Source: an uncultured archaeon (GTDB lineage Archaea > Asgardarchaeota > Thorarchaeia > Thorarchaeales > Thorarchaeaceae). Taken from it: 19,599 bases of DNA. The stretch spans positions 1 through 19,599 of the forward strand of contig CAYYQL010000046.1 of assembly GCA_964473825.1 (NCBI GenBank), given 5' to 3'. The notes beneath the pieces were generated by a model. That model saw only the letters and a list, made by a program, of their open reading frames with translations, had not been told where the DNA came from and ran no database searches. Made by a program: the position numbers and the translations under genes. Positions 16,990 through 19,599 of this stretch are shown here, one piece after another. Position 1 is the first letter of the stretch, and the number at the start of each line of letters is the position of its first letter.

Positions 16990-18897
16990 TCAATCCTTCT
17001 TCGTCTTCTTCTTCGTGGTCTTCTTCTTCCCAGTTTTCTTCTTGGAGTCTGTCTTCTTCGACTCCTTAAGGTACTCGGCATAACTCTCAAGCCCTAACTC
17101 CTTGAGCTTGGCGTCTAATGGAATACCCTCTCTTGACCAACCTCGTGTTTCATAGTAGTCATCAAGAAGAAGGTCTAGTTCCTCCTGAGTGACTAAGGAA
17201 CCCTTTGCAACTCCCGACTTGATTGGATCAGTCATGCATCGGATAGGCAGGGTGTCCCTCTCACGACCAATGCCCTCCCGGAGGTTGTAGATCTTAGCCA
17301 AGTTGCTGATTCTCTCGCCACAGCGTCGCATCTCCTCTGCAGTCATGGGAATCCCTGTGGCCAGAGTGTACATCTTGGCATAACTCTCGTAGTCCCATAT
17401 TCCTCTAGAGAACTTGCAGATGATGAGGGAGTCCATGACGCTATAGAGGTCTTCTCCATCTATGACAAGCTGACCCCTTCCTTTCTCAGCCTTGAACCGG
17501 TCGACCTGACCCTTCAAATCGGGCCCGTAGGCACCATGTCGTTGATGGTCGGCACCTCTACGGGACACAGCATAACCTAGGGCACAGGTCTTAAGGCCCC
17601 GCACATCATAACCCGTCATCTCTACACCTTTGATATGCATGGCGAACTTCTCTGAGCCCTTTCCTAGCTTCGCAGCTGCACGTTCCACACCTTCAGCCAA
17701 GATATCGCCAATATCCTCTCTAAGGGCAATCTTCTCTATCATATCACACATGCCCTCAGCATTTCCGAACTCGAGATCTATACCGCCCGTATCTTTCTTG
17801 GTGATGATTCCCTTCTCGTAGGCCTCCATGGCAAATGCGATCACAACACCTGTTGATAGCGCATCTGTACCATAAAGATCAGAGAGCTGTACTGCCCGAA
17901 CAATGGCGTCTGGTCTGTCAACACCTGTACACGAACCAAAAGCATAGGTCGGCTCATACTCAATACGACCGATTGCACCTTTGAATGGGCCTTCTTTTAC
18001 AAAGGCAACATGTTCACAGCGCATTCCACAGCTGTCACAGCCCTGTATCTTCTCTACATGCATTTCATTCAGAGCCTCTCCACTTATCTTGTCGGCCTTC
18101 TCAAACACTGCATCTTGCCAGTTTCTTGTAGGCATGGCAGCCTGTTTGTTCAGTGTCAGAACATTAGCAGCAGTACCGAGAATCCGGTATTTCTCAGTGG
18201 CGGGGCCCTTTGAGTTTGAGTAGATCTCAAATGCCATCTCTTTGAAGCCGTCAACATCTGCAACCTCAACATCATTGAAACCTCTCACTGCAACGGCCTT
18301 GAGGTTCTTGGACCCCATGACCGCACCCATTCCGGTGCGCCCGGCAGCTCTGAGTCGGTCATTGATGATGGCTGAAAAGCGGACGAGGTTCTCTCCTGCC
18401 GGACCGATAGATGCAACTCTCACCCCTGGATCTCCCAGGTCCGATTTGATTGCATCTTCTGTTTCCCAATTACTCTTACCCCACAGATGGCCGGCGTCAA
18501 GGATCTGGACACTGTCATCCTCCAAGTAGATATATGACGGTCGCTCAGCCTTTCCCGTCACCATGACGATATCATATCCAGCTCTCCGCAGTTCCGAGCC
18601 AAAGAATCCAGTTGAATATGCCTCTCCAAGTCCCTGTGATTGGGGCGACTTTGCAGCGACACCCCACTTACTGGCGCTCCCGGGCACCATCATACCACAG
18701 AATGTGCCACACGAGTATACTATAGGATTCTCGGGATCAAAGGCATCTGTGCCAGGCCGCTGATGATCAGTAATCATCTTGATACCGAATCCGGCACCAC
18801 CGAGGAAGTCTCTGGCCATCTCCTCCCCTAGCGGTTCGGTCTTTGTTTTTCCAGTGCTAAGGTTGATGTATAATATATTGTTCGCAAATCCTTTCAC
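16990..18897 (-). CDS. aor: Tungsten-containing aldehyde:ferredoxin oxidoreductase family catalytic subunit
   Basis: KSPQS, ELRRAGYD, IGPAGENLVRF, RAAGRTGMGAVMGSKNLKA, CDSCGMRC, EYEP, DSLIICKF, YYETRGW..G.P. Likely start GTG 18897 (ORF track gives 18936). Confidence 0.95.
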   Translation of the reverse strand: MKGFANNILYINLSTGKTKTEPLGEEMARDFLGGAGFGIKMITDHQRPGTDAFDPENPIVYSCGTFCGMMVPGSASKWGVAAKSPQSQGLGEAYSTGFFGSELRRAGYDIVMVTGKAERPSYIYLEDDSVQILDAGHLWGKSNWETEDAIKSDLGDPGVRVASIGPAGENLVRFSAIINDRLRAAGRTGMGAVMGSKNLKAVAVRGFNDVEVADVDGFKEMAFEIYSNSKGPATEKYRILGTAANVLTLNKQAAMPTRNWQDAVFEKADKISGEALNEMHVEKIQGCDSCGMRCEHVAFVKEGPFKGAIGRIEYEPTYAFGSCTGVDRPDAIVRAVQLSDLYGTDALSTGVVIAFAMEAYEKGIITKKDTGGIDLEFGNAEGMCDMIEKIALREDIGDILAEGVERAAAKLGKGSEKFAMHIKGVEMTGYDVRGLKTCALGYAVSRRGADHQRHGAYGPDLKGQVDRFKAEKGRGQLVIDGEDLYSVMDSLIICKFSRGIWDYESYAKMYTLATGIPMTAEEMRRCGERISNLAKIYNLREGIGRERDTLPIRCMTDPIKSGVAKGSLVTQEELDLLLDDYYETRGWSREGIPLDAKLKELGLESYAEYLKESKKTDSKKKTGKKKTTKKKTKKD

Positions 18898-18956
18898 GTT
18901 ATCCACTCTCAGCCAGTTCGAAATGCATGTTTTCATATCGGGGAAGAATGAACCCG

Positions 18957-18968
18957 TGATAAAAGTAT
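18957..18968 (-). promoter_or_regulatory. Putative TATA box for the aor operon
   Basis: Minus strand reads ATACTTTTATCA about 60 nt upstream of the GTG start. Confidence 0.35.
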
Positions 18969-19232
18969 CGCATCTTCCCCACTCGCGAATAGTGGGACTA
19001 GCTTAGGACGGTCGAGAAGATGAGCAGTTGATTCAATAGAATCTGGGAAGAAGACGCAGATGCGTGAAGATAGTAAGGCCTATACCGAAACAAGGAACAT
19101 ATAGAGTTGACCTATCCAAGGAGGATACCCCCGCCAAGTTTTTGTCTCATTACAAAACAGATTTAATATGTACGTTATTGCGAAACTCATCTCGGTCACA
19201 ATATAGCTAGCCGATAGAGGAAGGATAGACAT

Positions 19233-19599
19233 TTGCCACTACGACTGAAAAAGACAGAAACTGACAATGCGCTGGTCATCGAACGGGGGCTCTACACAAA
19301 ACACTTCCTGCTGACTGTGGACAGAGAAAAGTGTAGAGGATGTGGCATTTGTGCAACGGTCTGTCATACAGGCGCGATTTCTCTCGTCGACAAAGAGATG
19401 ACAATAATAGACGGGGAAGAGGTTGCACAAAGATCAATTCTTGATATTGATGAGCATCTCTGCGACCACTGCGGCATGTGCGAAGCAATGTGTCCGTTCT
19501 GGGCAATAGAACATACAGTCAATGGTGAACCAGTCGTGTGTGTTCACGAAACAGAGAGTTTCCCTCAGTATGTTCGCGACATCAGGGTCAATGAAGAGA
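19233..19599 (+). CDS. fwdF: Polyferredoxin, FwdF-like (formylmethanofuran dehydrogenase subunit F); truncated by window end and absent from the ORF track
   Basis: My translation from TTG 19233: MPLRLKKTETDNALVIERGLYTKHFLLTVDREKCRGCGICATVCHTGAI...IDEHLCDHCGMCEAMCPFWAIEHTVNGE...FPQY..DIRVNEE, open to the end. GAGGAAGGA RBS and TTTAATAT box at 19162. Confidence 0.75.
   Translation, partial: MPLRLKKTETDNALVIERGLYTKHFLLTVDREKCRGCGICATVCHTGAISLVDKEMTIIDGEEVAQRSILDIDEHLCDHCGMCEAMCPFWAIEHTVNGEPVVCVHETESFPQYVRDIRVNEE

Noticed and set aside
16977-17090. Poly-arginine N-terminus (RRRPRRRRRRR) of ORF 16485-17090, resembling a Tat/NLS or protamine-like segment
   Set aside because: It is the alternative frame of the AOR Lys-rich tail. 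A strong GGAGGT RBS supports the start at 16976.
610-19506. Numerous short antisense or alternative-frame ORFs in the track (e.g. 610-942, 4623-5048, 8211-8633, 18242-18529, 19239-19430, 19276-19506)
   Set aside because: They overlap well-supported genes and show no motifs; treated as shadow ORFs.
1-19599. CRISPR array, IS/transposase, integrase, tRNA or rRNA
   Set aside because: No periodic repeats, transposase or integrase motifs, or cloverleaf/T-loop consensus seen by eye, and intergenic gaps are short.

Overview
Archaeal chromosomal window, gene-dense, with no mobile element, CRISPR array or RNA gene recognised. TATA boxes, GGTGG/GGAGG ribosome-binding sites, RFC, HdrCB, AOR and an FwdF-like gene point to an anaerobic archaeon; an Asgard (Thorarchaeia-like) origin is my inference from gene content and style, not proven. 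Three blocks are present. (1) A DNA-transaction block (1-8060): XPB helicase with the bacterial/eukaryotic N-terminal domain, a KaiC/RAD55 ATPase, an APH-family kinase, a DUF2240-like protein, a divergent RFC small subunit with a ~50-aa insert, a p52/Tfb2-like protein sharing XPB's N-terminal fold, and a core-MetE-like enzyme. (2) An uncharacterised membrane block (8113-13124): a polytopic protein, a frameshifted NosD/beta-helix surface protein, a possible structured RNA, a small 2-TM protein and three tandem, distantly paralogous 4-TM proteins. (3) A redox/energy block (13226-19599): two tandem BCP peroxiredoxins, hdrC-hdrB-DUF2096, AOR plus Fe-S subunit, and a truncated FwdF-like polyferredoxin missing from the ORF track. 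The best candidates for new biology are the TFIIH-like XPB/p52 pair and the triplet of paralogous membrane proteins. All family calls are from motif recognition by eye; no searches were run.
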